This document shows, piece after piece, positions 36,745-50,509 of a DNA stretch of 64,000 nt (its first letter is position 1; each line of letters opens with the position of its first letter). Origin of the DNA: the human T2T-CHM13v2.0 reference genome, Homo sapiens; NCBI RefSeq assembly GCF_009914755.1, contig NC_060927.1, one strand, 5' to 3'. The translations under genes and the position numbers were made by a program. The notes below the pieces were generated by a model. It searched no databases and was not told the origin of the DNA. It worked only from the letters and a program-made list of their open reading frames with translations.

Positions 36745-38254
36745 GGATATAATTCTGATATTAACAACTCTGCTATTGCCTTACATGTATACTGGAATTA
36801 AACAAATTGATGGCAGATCGTGGGAGCCAGGTTTCTCACTGTTGGATTGGGAATTTACATTTAAGCAAAGGAAGGATGATCCATGTGGTAATGGATCAAT
36901 TGGAGACATCAGCATGAACTCACATTTAGCTTAGTATAGATACAGAAGGTTACATATAGAAATATTTCTAGATTACAGTTAGTATATTACAGTTAGTATG
37001 CACACATATATTTCCTTTCTTTGTCAGCTCAGACAGCCTAGAAGCAATGATGCTCCAGTAGCAAGGAGCACATTTAGCACCCAGATCTTGATTTTTATAC
37101 CATTCTCCAACAACAAAAAAACAGGGTTCTTTGGAGAAATGGCTAATTCTGCTACTAAAGAAGGAAATCAACAAGCTGAGACTGGAGCATCTTGTAGTGC
37201 CAGAAAGTAAGGAAATGCTAAAAAAAAAAAAAAAAAAAAAAAGAAAAAGAAAGAAACCTACATTGATGGGGGTGTCAAAGGAGTATAGAAACAAATTGTA
37301 AAAGCTCCCAGTGACCAAATCTGGAATAATTTGAGCAAGATAATAAATAAAGTAGTACTGGATTATAAAACAAAATATAAAAATCTGAGTCCATACTGAT
37401 ATAAATAAATGATTGAATCAATAAATAAATGGGGTAAAGACAAATCTAACTTTGCATAAGAATTCTAAATAACTTATGTAGCTATTTCTGCCCACGAAAA
37501 GGGGGACCATAAATTCCTACTCCTTTAGTGTAAGCTATACATAGTGACTTCCTCCCAAAGAGTGTAGAATGGAAAGTTGAGGGTGGAGGAAAGGGAGGGG
37601 AGCAGAGTAACTTTACTCTGGGGAAACTTGACAAATGACCTCAGCTAGGTGATCAAGGTCAATATGAACAGTCATAAATCATGTTGGTAGTATATGCCAT
37701 TGACAGGATGTGATAAAGATGGTACATTAACTCTGTGGTCTTGCTCCCCAAACCCATAACCCAAGACTAATCATGAGGAAAAGAATCAGATAAATTTAAA
37801 TACAGGGTCATCTACAAAATACTTGAACATTATTCCTCAAGGTCTTGGAAAACAAGAAAAGTCTAAGAAATTGTCACAACCAAGAGGAGTCAAAGAAGAC
37901 ATGATATGTAACTGTAATGTGGTGTCCTGGATGAGATACTAGAACCAAAACAGACAGGTAAAACTAAAAATCTGAATCAACTATGGTCTTTAGTTAATGA
38001 TGTATCAATATTGGTTCTTAATTGTAACAAATGTATCATAATGTAATGATATGTATAATATCATAGGTATGTATCAATACATAATAATATATATTGATAT
38101 GTATAATAATGTAATATAAATGTACCATAACTAATGTTAGTAATAGGGGAAACTGGCTATGGGATATATAGGACCTTTCTGTATTATCTTCTCAATTTTT
38201 ATGAAAATCTAAAACTATTCCATGAAAGTCTACGGTAAATGAAAATGTGCCAAT

Positions 38255-38435
38255 GCCAGAAATGGTGGTGCATGCCTGCATGCCTTCAGTCCAAGCTACT
38301 TAGGGGTCTGAAGCAGGAGGATCCCTTGACCCTAGGAGCTCAAGGCTGCAGTGAGCTATGATCCTACCACTGCACTTCAGCCTGGGTGAAAGAGGGAGAC
38401 CTGCCTATAAAAAAAAAAAAAGAAAGAAAAAAGAC
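38255..38435 (+). mobile_element. Alu monomer (FRAM/AluJ right arm)
   Basis: GGAGGATCCCTTGA..GGCTGCAGTGAGCTATGATC plus poly-A. Confidence 0.8.
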
Positions 38436-38439
38436 AGAC

Positions 38440-39300
38440 AATTATAAGCATTGACAAGGATGTGGAGAAAGTGGAAGCCTCATATATTGGTTGGTTGGTT
38501 GCAAAATTGTGCAACTACTCTAAAGCAGTTTGGCAGTTTCTCAAAGCTCACATACAATTACCACATGTCCCAGTAACTCCCCTGGCATGGATCCAATAGA
38601 ATTGAAAACATGTCTACAAAAAGTGTATGCACATCCAGCCTGGATGACACAGCAAGATGCTGTCTTAAAAAAAAGTATGCACAAATGTTCATATAGCATT
38701 ATTCATAACAACAAAAAAGTGGACACAACCCAAATATTCATTAGCCGATGAATGAATAAACAAAATATAGTATCCATACAGTGAAATATTATTTAGCCAT
38801 AAAAGTATGCACAAATATTCATATAACGTTATTCATAATAGCAAAAAAAAGTAGGCACAACCCAAATATCCATTAGCTGATGGATGAATAAACAACATGT
38901 AGTATCCATGCAATGGAATATTGTTTGGTCATAATATTATTTGGCCATTCCATAAAAAGGAATGAAATACCAAAAAATGCCCTTGATATGGATGACCCTT
39001 GAAAACATTATGTTAAGTGACAGAAACCGGACACAACAGGTCACATTTGTGGTATTCTGTTTACATGAACTATCTGGAATAGGCAACTCCATACAGATAC
39101 AAAGTAGATTAGTGGTTGCCAGGGCCGGGAGCAGGAAGGAGTATAGGGATTGACTGCTAACACCAACAAGTACATGGTTTCTTTTGGGGGTAATGCAACA
39201 TTCTAGAATTAGTTGTGATGGTTGCACAACTTGTGACTACACTAAAAAGCATTTTAATTAGGTGGATTTTATGGTATGTGAATTGTATCTCCTTAAAGAT
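38440..39300 (+). mobile_element. L1MB/ME-type 3' end fragment
   Basis: CAAGGATGTGGAGAAA, ATGGATGACCCTTGAAAACATTATG and GATGGTTGCACAACT motifs. Confidence 0.75.
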
Positions 39301-40068
39301 ATTATAAGAAAAAGAAGAAAAGGAAGGAAGAGGAGAAAGAGAAGGAGGAGCAGCAGAAGAATGAGGAGGAGGACAACAACCACCTGGTACCTCTGGTTTA
39401 GAAACTGGTAACTTGTGACTCTGAACATTTGTTTCTGGGAAGAATGCTTTAGGCCCCAGGAAAATGCTACTCCACTTACTTTCTGTCCTCAAAAACAAAA
39501 CATAACTGTGCCTAATGCTCTGGGTTGGGCCATTACCACCATCAGAGAGTGACACAGCTTTGGGGTGCAGGGAGAATGTGGACAGAAGTGCTCAGTCAGA
39601 TAGATAAGAGATAGATTAATTAACCTGACAGCTCTTCCTCTCAGCATAAATGTAACAGATTCATGAATAACAATGTACAGTTTTCAATTCCTATTACTTA
39701 GAATTCCAATTCCTATTACTTTTAAATCTGTGTACGTGTAAGTCTAGAAATTTGATACTGGTTCTTTATATTACTGTATAGATTTAGCAGATGATGAAAA
39801 AGACAGCATAAGTGATAGCTTATGTGATGAAATTAAGATTTTTTGTTTTCTGCAATAATAATTTACCAAATGTGGCCCCATTAGAATGTTTGAACATGAT
39901 ACATACATTTCATGGTTTGTTTTCAACTCTGTCTCAGCAGAGTGACGCTTTCTCAAATTGAAATTAATTAAAAAAAAAATGTCAAAGACCTACACTGACT
40001 GAAGAAAGATGGCCTCATTTGGTATCATTGTTAATAGAATACCAACTATGTGAAAATCTTTTTTATAA

Positions 40069-40595
40069 TATAGACCAAAAAGTGACTGAGGCAGGTCTCA
40101 ATCAATGAGAGGTTTATTTTGCCAAGGTTGAGGATGTGCCAAGGAAAACCATAAATCACAAGAGCATCTGTGACCTATGAGTTTTCTAAAGAGGATTTCG
40201 TGAACTTGAATATTTAAAGGGGAAAACGTAAGCAGGAGAGGGGACAAAAAGAGGTGGGAGTGAGCATGAGCAGTGAGGTAGATGGTTAGATTCTTGTGAG
40301 GCTCTGATTAGCTTCACTAAATCTACATTTTACATGTGAAAAGTGGGAGGAGAGGAAAAAGTCGATTATGCATTGTCTCATGCTCAGTAAATCTACATTT
40401 TTACATCAGATGAAGTAAACATGTGAAAAGAGGGAGTAGAGGAAATAAGGCTGACATGGGGTTGTGAAATTACAGTTATCTGTTTGGGCTCAAAAGAAAT
40501 ACAGTATTGATCGATTACCAAGTTAATTTCCCAAGCTCAACTTTGCCTTTGGCATAGTGAGTTTGGGGGCCCTGCAATTCTATTTTTCTTTTACA
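40069..40595 (-). repeat. 3' LTR of MER4-group provirus
   Basis: Homologous to 51838-52352; preceded on the minus strand by GGGGGGAAA PPT, then TGTAAAAGAAAAA. Confidence 0.85.
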
Positions 40596-40604
40596 TTTCC
40601 CCCC

Positions 40605-40961
40605 TGTATTATCCCATTTTCATGCTGCTGATAAAGACATACCCAAAACTGGGTAATTTATAAAGAAAAAGAGGTTTAATGGACTCACAATTTCACTTGG
40701 CTGGGAAGGCTTCACAATCATGTTGAAAGGTGAAAGGCACACCTTACACAGCAGCAGACAAGAAAGAGTTTGTGCAGGAAAACTCTCCCTTACAAAACCA
40801 TCAGATCTCATGAAACTTATTGACTATCACAAGATCAGCATGGAAAAGACCCAGCCCCATAATTCAATTACCTCCCACCAGGTCCCTCCCATGACAAATG
40901 GGAATTGTGGGTGCTAAAATTCAAAATGAGATTTGGGTAGGGACACAGCCAAACCATATCA
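40605..40961 (-). mobile_element. THE1 solo LTR inserted at the provirus PPT
   Basis: TGTATT...AACCATATCA; flanks CCCCC/CCCCT. Confidence 0.88.
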
Positions 40962-41265
40962 CCCCTGTTCTTCAAAATATTTCAAAGAAAGTACTGTAGA
41001 AGAAAATAAATCATCACTAGAATGATTTATTCCTAGAAGGCTAGTATCCACATGGCTAGGAAGGCTCATTTCTAAGATGTCATGAAGTCTCATACCCCAC
41101 AGAGAAAGATAGGGGGAGAAAGGAAGAAAGAAAAAAAAGACCAAAAACAGAAAGAGAAAAGGGACCAAGGACAAATTGTAGCAGCAAAGGGAAAGCAATT
41201 CTGGAAAACCAATTCAGCCTGTACTACTGAGAAGTCCATACATCAGTGGCAGGCACGAAGGTGGC

Positions 41266-41390
41266 ATATATGTATGTGTGTGTGTGTGTATATATGTGTG
41301 TGTCTGTGTGTGTATATATATATATATGTATGTATATATCTGTGTGTATATATGTGTACACACACACACACACACACACATATATGCATA
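41266..41390. repeat. Compound (TG)n/(TA)n/(CA)n microsatellite
   Basis: Near-continuous purine-pyrimidine alternation of about 125 bp. Confidence 0.92.
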
Positions 41391-41636
41391 GGTTGCTGTT
41401 ATTTCTACTGAATTTTAAGGTGTCTAAGTGCAGTCTGGAGGGCTTTAAGGAAAGCACAGTTTTAGTTTCTAGTGATTCCAACTCAGAAAAATGGGATAAA
41501 AAAATTGATTAATGTTAGTTTGGAAACATGTAGTCAAGAAAGAATTCAGAATCCAGTCCAAATAAATTGTAGACAAATAATAAAAACTGAAAAAAAAATG
41601 AATAAAGCTAGAATCTAACAGGTATACTATAGTGAA

Positions 41637-41870
41637 CTCAGCTCACTACAACCTCCTCCTCCTGGGTTCAAGCAATTTTCCTGCCTCAGCCTCCAAAGTA
41701 GCGGAGACTACAGGCATGCACCACCATGCCTGGCTGATTTCTGTATTTTTAGTTGAAACAGGGTTTCACCATGTTGGCTAGGCTGGTCTTGAACTCCTGA
41801 CCTCAGGTGATCCTCCCACTTTGGCCTCCCAAAGTGCTGGGATTACAGGCGTGAGCCACAGTGCCCAGCT
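41637..41870 (-). mobile_element. AluS-like element lacking its 3' end and tail
   Basis: Reverse Alu starting abruptly at CTCAGCTCACTACAACC. Confidence 0.85.
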
Positions 41871-42271
41871 ATCTTTTGAAACATAACTTTTTTCTCTCAA
41901 TCCTTTATTTTTACCAAAGACAAGTCACAGAAAGACCAATTTATTTGCAAAAAGTTTTAGTCTCATTATACTTGGCCTGATTAGTTGCATAAAGTACAGC
42001 AAGAATAATTATTGGCCAATAGGCTTTTTTTAAATTGGCTTTGCTGGAACTTTTTCATAAGGAATCTCAGATTAGACTTTTAAAGCTTTCTCAAGCACAG
42101 CCAAGAATTTGTCTGTGCCTGCAGATACCTGTCTCAATTCCTCTCTTCTTGAGGTCCCAAAATAAATGAGATTCCTGGGCCTGTCAGAAAATGACATTCT
42201 CTACTTACCACAGGTCAATAACCCTATAAAGGAATTTCATAAACAATGTACAAGGCCAGTTTTTCCAAGGG

Positions 42272-42569
42272 TTTTTTTTTTTTTGAGATAGATCCTCACT
42301 CTGTTGCCCAGGCTGGAATGAAGTGACATGATCTCAGCTCACTGCAACTGCTACCTCCTGGATTCAAGCAATACTCATGCCTCAGCTTCCTGAGTAGCTC
42401 GGACTACAGATGCATGCCACCATAACCAGATAATTTTTTTTGTATTTTTAGTAGAGATGTGGTTTTGCCATGTTGCCCAGGCTGGTCTCAAACTCCTGAG
42501 CTCAGGTGATCTGCCTGCCTCATCCTCCCAAACTGCTGGGATTACAGACATAAGCCACCATGCCCAGCC
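42272..42569 (-). mobile_element. Alu element
   Basis: Full reverse Alu with TSD TCCAAGGG. Confidence 0.9.
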
Positions 42570-43685
42570 TCCAAGGGGCTTTTATTGGCTCTCTAACATC
42601 ATCTCAATTTCTCAAAGCATTCTGGTCATATCTGAAAATATGCCATGCCAGTCAAAGCTTTGGTAAAATAACCAGTGTCTCCAATTATAGCCTATTCCAA
42701 AAGAAAACAGATTCTTGCTGAACTTATGCAAATAACTATATTGTTATAAGTTAAGAATACTTACAAATAGTTTCTAAATTCTGGAGAAATCAGGTAGAGA
42801 AAAGGAAATATGCTTCAAATTTGGCTCACAAGGGTATACTTTACAAAACTGTTAAAAGCTAAAAATAGATCGATTTTTTTCTTGACCAAAAAAACACAAA
42901 AATATCAGCAATGTTTCAAACAAAAAAGTCATAGAAACATTATTTCAGTCCTCTATTAGTTCAGTCCCATGCAATTAACTCATTCCATTTGATTGGGGTT
43001 AGCAAGCCTCATGAACACATTAGCTCTCCAGTGAGAATCCTGGAAATTTTCTCTCTAGCCTAATGGCACAATGTCTAAAATTATCTGAAATCTGCCTTTA
43101 ATAGCACCCAGAAGAGTCTTTTCCATAAATTTCCCAAAAAAAGCAAGTTGTTGTTGTTGTTGTTTTCTGTAGCCGACTATAAACAGCTTTTTGGGAAGAA
43201 TCAAAGTAAAACAATAATTGTCTGTGGATGACAAAAGTCGTAGGACAGTCATGGTTAAAAACACAATTGTCAAGGAAATTTGGTTATCTTTTTGGTATGT
43301 AACAATTTAACATAATATAATTATAGCTGATAACATTAAGACAGCAGAATTATAGGAATCTTATACAATTTTGGAACACATATTAATAACATATAAAATA
43401 TAACCCAAAGAAAGTTAAACACCATTTCATATTTGACATCTCTTGTATAATTTTTAACATAGCAAATAAGCTCAATATGTCTCCTTTGGACTTAAGGGGA
43501 CCTAATATCTAAAAAAGTTAATGAGATAAAAAAGAATTTAGAACTTGAAATTTTGATTTTGGAAAATGTGTTAAATATCAAAGATTTAAAACACTTGATA
43601 TCACAAAATAGGTACACAGGTCACTGTAAAATAAGTCATTAGTTTAGCCAAATGATAATTCAAGGATTTTAAAAGCAAAAACCAC

Positions 43686-43990
43686 TGCACTCAGCAGCTC
43701 ACACTTGTAATCTCAACACTTTGGGAAGCCAAAGTCAGAGGATCACTCGAGTCTAGGAATTCAAGACCAGCTTGTGCTACATAGTGAGGCCCTCCCTGTA
43801 CAAAAAAAAATTAAAAATTAGCTGGGTGTGATGGCGGGTGCCTGTAGTCCAAGGTACTTAGGAGGCTGAGGTGGGAGGATTGTGTGAGTCTGTAGGTTCA
43901 GGCTGTGATCAGCCATGATTGTGACACTGTACATTCCAGCCTGGGTGACCAACAAGACCCTGTCTCAAAATAAATAAATATAAATTTAAA
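43686..43990 (+). mobile_element. AluJ-like element
   Basis: Diverged dimer with (TAAA)n tail. Confidence 0.85.
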
Positions 43991-44094
43991 AAATAAATGA
44001 ATAAAAATATTTATTAAATAAATTAAGCAAAAACTTTTACTGTTTTATGGAGAGGAGACTCAGTTTCCCAAACAATACAATCAAAATAAGATAG

Positions 44095-46405
44095 CGTATT
44101 AGTCAGTTCTCATGCTGCTAATAAAGACATGCCTGAGACTAAATAATTTATAAAGAAAAAGAGGTTTAATGGACTCACAGTTCCACATGGCTGGGGAGGC
44201 CTCACAATCATGGCTGAAGGCAAAGGAGGAGCATGCACATCTTACATGGTGGCAGGCAAGAGAACTTGTGCAAATAAAATCATCAGATCTCATGAGACTT
44301 GTTCACTACCACGAGAACAGTATGGGGGAAACTGCCTCCATGATTCAATTTTCTCCACTTGGTCCCGCCCTTAACACATTGGGATTATTATAATTCAAGG
44401 TGAGATTTGGGTGGGGACATAGTCAAACCATATCATTCTGCCCCTCACCCCTACCAAATCTCACGTCCTCACATTTCAAAACCAGTCATGCCTTCCCAAC
44501 AGTTCCCCAAAGTCTTTAATCATTCCAGCATTAACCCAAAAGTCCAAATCCAAAGTCTCATCTGAGACAAGGCAAGTCCCTTTCACCTATGAGCCTGTAA
44601 AATTAAAAGCAAGATAGCTACTTCCTAGATACAATGGGGGTACAGGCATTGGGTAAATACACTCATTCCAAATGGGAGAGATTGGCCAAAATGAAGGGGC
44701 TACAGGCTCCATGCAAGTCTGAAATCCAGCAGGGCAGCCAAATCTTAAAGCTCCAAAATGATCTCATTTGACTTCATGTCTCACATCCAGGTCATGCTGA
44801 TGCAAGAGGTGGGTTCACATGGTCTTGGGCATCTCTGCCTCTGTGGCTTTGCAGGGTACAGCCCTTCTCCTGGCTGCTTTAACAGGCTGGTATTGTCTGT
44901 GGCTTTTCCAGGTGCATGGTGCAAGCTGTTGGTGGATCTACCATTCTGGGGTCTGGAGGACGGTGGCCCTCTTCTCACAGCTCCACTAGGCAGTGCCCCA
45001 GTGGGGACTCTGTGTGGTGGCTCCAACCCCACATTTCCTTTCCACACTGCCTTATCAGAGGTTCTCCATGAGGGCTCTGCCCCTGCAGCATACTTCTGCC
45101 TGGACATCCAGGCATTTCCATACATCCTCTGAAATATAGGTGGAGGTTCCCAAACCTCAATTCTTGACTTCTGTGTACCCACAGGCTCAAAACCACGTGA
45201 AAGCTGCCAATGCTTACGGTTTGCACCCTCTGAAACAATGGCCTGAGCTCTATGTTGGCCCCTTTTAGCCATGGCTGGAGTGGTTGGGACACAGGGCACC
45301 AAGTCTCTAGGCTGCACACAGCAGCAAGGCCCTGGGCCCAGCCCACAAAACCATTTTTCCCTCCTATGCCTCCAGGTTTCTGATGGGAGGGGCTGCCCTG
45401 AGGACTTCTGATATGCCCTGGAGACATTTTCCCCATTGTCTTGGCAATTAACACTTGGCTCCTCATTACTTATGCAAATTTTTGCAACCAGCTTGAATTT
45501 CTCCTTAGAAAATGTTTTTTTTTTTTCCTATCACATCATCAGGCTGCTAATTTTCCAAACTTTTATACTCTGCTTTCCTTCTAAACATAGTTGCAATTCC
45601 AAACCATAATTTTGTGAATATATAAAACTGAATGCTTTTAACAATACCCAAGTCACCTCTTGAACACTTTGTATTTCTTAGAAATTACTTCTACTAGATG
45701 CCCTAAATTATCTCTCTCAAGTTCAAAGTTCTGCAAATCTAATGCAGGGTCAAAATGCCACTAGTCTCTTTGCTAATGTGTAACAAGAGTTACCTTTGCT
45801 CCAGTTCCCAACAAGTTCCTCATCTCCATCTGAGACCACCTCAGCCTGGACTTTATTGTTCATATCACTATCAGCATTTTGGTCAAAGCCATTCAACAAG
45901 TCTCTAGGAAGTTCCAAACTTTCCCACAACTTCCTTTCTTCTGACCTCTCCAAACTGTTCCAACCTCTGCCTGTTACCCAGTTCCAAAGTCTCTTCCACA
46001 TTTTTTGGGTATCTTTACAGCAGCACCCCACTCTACCAGTACCAATTTACTGTATTAGTCAGTTCTCATGCTGCTAATAAAGACATGCCTGAGACTGCAT
46101 AATTTATACAGAAAAAAGAGGTTTAATGGATTCACAGTTCCACATGGCTGGGGAAGCCTCACAATCATGGCTGAAGGCAAAGGAGGACCATGCACGTCTT
46201 ACATGGTGGCAGGCAAGAGAGCTTGTGCAGGGGAACTCCCATTTATAAAACCATCAGATCTCACGAGACTTATTCATTGCCACAAGAACAGTATGGGGGA
46301 AACTGCCACCATGAATCAGTTTTCTCCACTTGGCCCCGCCCTTGACACATGGGATTATTACAATTCAAGGTGAGATTTGGGTGGGGACACAGCCAAACCA
46401 AATCA
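44095..46405 (-). mobile_element. Full-length THE1 MaLR element (LTR 44095-44435, internal 44436-46050, LTR 46051-46405)
   Basis: Two similar LTRs, TSD GATAG/GACAG, and a broken MaLR internal ORF (WNWVTGRGWNSLE..DLLNGFDQNADSD; VGLEPPHRVPTGALPSGAVR). Confidence 0.93.
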
Positions 46406-47294
46406 GACAGCATGAGGCCAGATGAATTTGTCACTCAACTGTCTTTTTTTCCAGCTCATTCAAAAGATAAATGTTTTCTTATCTCTTAGTATTTCACAAA
46501 AATCTTTTTAAAAGAGAAAAGCAAATTTTACCATTACATTAGTGTATTACTAATGCTGAAGCCAATTTTTAGTAAAACATTGTCAACAAATCCATCTCAA
46601 TCTCAATCAGTTTGATCACAAAGTAAGATTTCCATAAGTCTTTTTATAACCTTTTTACAGTTTTCTATTAAAGAACAAATCAATGCTCCTGTAAAACTCT
46701 GTTATTCCAATTCAAGGGCCCAGACTCTAATATCAATGTGCTTTTGATATTAATATTTACTGTATAGAAAAAGTAAATAATCATTTTAAATTTTAGACAA
46801 CTTAACTGCACATACAATTCCTTTCACAAGGTCAGTCTTCTACAAACCTTCTACAATTTGCTTAAACCTTCAGTTTTGTCCTGTCATCTTACTTTAGGAC
46901 AAAAATTTACCTTCTTTTCCAACTTTTTATATTTGTGTAGTTTTATCTGTCCTTTTTTTATTCCTTTAATTTAAAAAAAAAAAACCTTTAAACTAGGCAA
47001 AATTACTTTCCTTTTAACAAAAACCACATTTTCATGCCTTCTGATAACTTTTCTTAAACCAAAAACATGTCCTACTTCCCTTATACACTTTCGATGGAGA
47101 ATTTTTTCTCTTGTATTTAGTAATTTCAATTATATACATTTATTACAATGTTAACTTTTAGTAACTCTTATTTTTAGTGAAAAACCTTGGAGGTAAGCCG
47201 TTTTAATTATGTACCAGATGCAAAGTCCAGAACAAAGGACAATGCCTGGAGCTAGGCCTAGTCATAGCCTAAAAACTTAAATCTAAAGATAAAA

Positions 47295-47600
47295 GGCTGG
47301 GCACAGTGGCTCACGCCTGTAATCCCAGTAGTTTGGGAGGCTGAAGTGGGTGGATCACCTGAGGTCAGGAGTTCAAGTCCAGACTATGCCAACATGGTGA
47401 AACCCTGTCTCTACTAAAAATACAAAATATTAGCTTGGCGTGGTGGCACACACCTGTAATCCCAGCCACTCAGGAGTCTGAGGCAGGAGAATTGCGTGAA
47501 CTCAAGAGGCGGAGGTTGCAGTGAGCCAAGATCGCGCCACTGCACTCTAGCCTAGGTAACAGAGCAAGACTCCATCTCCAAAAAATTAAATAAATAAATA
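47295..47600 (+). mobile_element. AluS-like element
   Basis: Full dimer with AAATCTAAAGA repeated on both flanks. Confidence 0.92.
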
Positions 47601-48459
47601 AATCTAAAGACATAAGTTTATAGACAAGTTAGGTATCAAAACAAATCATAGAAGCAAGTTTTATGCCTTAAAACATCTGGTAGAGATAGTATCTAATCAA
47701 TAGACTCAGACAAAATGTCTAAATTAAATTCTGAAGACTTTTTTTATTTTACCAATAATTTTTAAATTGTCTTAATTTACTAAAGATTAATAAAGTCATG
47801 TGAACTACAAGGCATTTGAATTAAAGTTTCTATTTTTGTGATAACACATTTGATTTAAGCACTTCCTTTTTTCTTTAAGCCAATTAATTAGAGCCCTTTT
47901 ACATATTTTGGTAGTGAAACATCACATACACACAACACGTATAAACACACAGACCCATAGACAGTAGCAGATCTTATATATTTATAAGATTCTTCATTTG
48001 CCAGTTCTCAAAATCTCACCTCCACTTTAGACTATCAGTCTCTTGATTACCTGTTTCCTGCCCTAAACAATTGTCAGCTAGGCAACCCTAAATTTACATT
48101 TCTAAAGGGACAGCTCTTATGTGAAACAAGGTAGAAAATTTATATCTCAAAGCACAGAGCTAAGGCATTAGGCCTAAATATTGTAACATCATTTGCTCAA
48201 ACCAAAGGGGTTTTAAAGGGTGTAAGTAAAAGTTCAATTAAGAGACCAGGAAAACCACCTTAAGCAAAGTATGACTTGTCACATTAAAACAATGGTAAAT
48301 GTTTCTAGTGTATACCGGCAGACACCCTTACAAAATGGGAATTTTCTTAAAGATGTTTCTTTTACAAAGGAGTTTAAAGATAGCCAGCTAAATGCCTGAA
48401 AGTTGTATTTTGGAATTTTGGCTTAGCTTGTTTTCTTAATTAGATTACTGGCTTCATGG

Positions 48460-49165
48460 TGATACAGACAGAAGACAGGGAAATACTGGGTAGAAGAGAG
48501 CAGTTCCCTGGTAAAGGTCCCACCCTCAAGCCTGGATACCTGCGGCCCTAAGTGAGAACAGGCATTCCTGTTTTAGTACTCGAAAAGTTGCCTTTTGGCC
48601 CACCATGCCGCCTATCCTGTACCCATATAAACCCTAAACCCCTGGCTCCAGGAGGCAACAAGCAGACAAATGGTAGAACAATGCAGCAGAGAAGAAAAGA
48701 AACATTGGGAGGAGTTTGGCTGGGGAGAATCGGCCACTGGATGGCCAAACTCCAGGGGAAGATTATCTTCACACTCCATCCCCTATCCAGCTCCCCATCC
48801 ATCCTGCTGAGAGCCACCTCCAACCCTAATAAAACCCCACATTCACCATCCTTCAAGTTTGTGTGTGACCTGATTCTTCCAGGACACTGGACAAGAGCTC
48901 GGGATACAGGAAGCTGTCACACTTGCCCTCTGCCCTTGCAGAAAGGCAGAGGGTCCACTGAGCTGGTTAACATTTAAGCCATCCACAGATGGCAAGGCTA
49001 AAAGAGCACACTGTAACATATGCCCATTTCAGCTCCTGCACCTGTCTGTCTGCATGTTCCCCCTCCCATAAGGGGGCTTCGAGCAGCGGTGGTGACCAAA
49101 CAGGCATGCCACATCCATGTTACACATCCTCAGGGGGGTGTCAGGGAACTCACTCTCCCGCCTCA
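48460..49165 (+). mobile_element. MER50-like solo LTR nested in the provirus, opposite orientation
   Basis: TGATACAGACAGAAGACAGGGAAATACTGGGTAGAAGAG start, TATA-like CCCATATAAA, AATAAA at about 48828, ends ..CCCGCCTCA. Confidence 0.75.
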
Positions 49166-49594
49166 TCGGGTGGAACCATTTAGTGAATACAGAAAGGAAA
49201 GCATGCAATTTTTAGGGCCTAATATTTAAATATGTGAGAAGCAGGTATAGCTGGAAAGCAAAACACAGGTCCCCCAAAATTTCAAGGATCCCATTTTTTA
49301 TACCAAATACTGGGTCCCCAAAAAGAAGCAAAAGCCATGGGACAAGACAGTACAATGCTTCCACAGTGCACCTCACTGCAAGGACATTCCTTCAAGTCTG
49401 ATGGACAACTCAACCCCAATCAGCCCATTTTGTGATCGGCCCATATCCTATGGGATGAGGACTCAGAGCAATGAAGATCGCAAAGAAGAAGGAGGAATAG
49501 TGTGGAGTAAATATAAACAGGAGAACAATTTTTTTTTAAAGAAAGCCAACAAAGATACTAAGCACATAATTTTTTTTTTTTTTAAGTTTTAGCC

Positions 49595-49886
49595 AGCCAG
49601 GCATAGTGGCTCACACTTGTAATCCCAGCACTTTTAGAGGCTGGGGTGGGGGGACTGCTTGAGACCAGAAGTTTAGAACCAACCTGAACAATACAGTGAG
49701 ACCCCATCTCTACAAAAATATTTAAAAAGTAGCCAGATGTGGTGGTGCACACCTGTAGTATCAGCTACTGAGGAGCTGAGGTGGGCAGATCACTTGAGCC
49801 CAGAAGAGCATGGCTACAGTGAGCCCTGGTTGTGCCACTGCACTCTAACCTGGGCAACAAAGCAAGACCCATCTTTAAAAAAAAAA
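49595..49886 (+). mobile_element. AluJ-like element
   Basis: Diverged Alu dimer. Confidence 0.86.
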
Positions 49887-50437
49887 GTTTAAGTCAACTA
49901 AAAAAAAAAATTCCAAAAAACAGGAAACAAAAGGTGTTGAAAGCATAAAGGCTAGATATCAGCTTCTAATTAAATTGACTTCTAACCATAGAGCTCTCTA
50001 AAAAAATCCTTTCAGATCTTTTGTTACCAGATTTTAGCTGGGACAAACGGTTGATTTTTTTGCTTTTGAACTTCTTTTGCAAAGGTATCTTCCCCAGTGT
50101 TTCAACCAAGGTTATAACAACCACAGACACATGAGATGTCTCCAAAGAGGTGGCAAGCAGTTTTTTACAAGATCTAGAATCACCCCAAAGACAGCTCAGA
50201 GAAGGAAAATTTCACTATCCATAAAGAGGGTATAGACCACATTTCTTTCAGGACATGTTCTCTAGGATCTTAGCTTCTCAACTGACTGTCCACACACAAA
50301 GGCTCAAAAGCCTTGTGTGACCCCAAACAGACAGAAGAAAACAGGAAATCAAAAGCTTCCCAAGGAAAGGGAATGGATCAATAATAAGTTGGTACCCTAA
50401 AAGACATTCACACAAGTATCAAACCAAGAGGGGTGGG

Positions 50438-50509
50438 TTCCCTGACCAGGAATCAAACCCATGCAGTGGAGGTAAAACTGCAGAATTTTAACTATTAGGC
50501 CACAAGGTG
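50438..50509 (-). pseudogene. Degenerate tRNA-Glu-like sequence inside the ERV internal region
   Basis: Ungapped manual alignment of about 52/72 nt to recalled human tRNA-Glu. B-box-like GGTTTGATTCC; 3' end TCAGGGAA. Confidence 0.65.

Larger units (their letters stand above)
33880..38230 (+). mobile_element. Old L1M (L1MC/MD-like) ORF2 fragment plus 3' UTR, interrupted by an Alu and two LTRs
   Basis: Decayed ORF2 motifs (GGATTTATCCCAGG, CCCACAGCTAACATCATAC, GTACTGGAGGTTCTAGCC) and L1M 3' UTR motifs. Confidence 0.72.

Noticed and set aside
44758-46077. ORFs of 93-178 aa in the THE1 internal region
   Set aside because: Fragmented MaLR internal ORF and its antisense; no intact gene.
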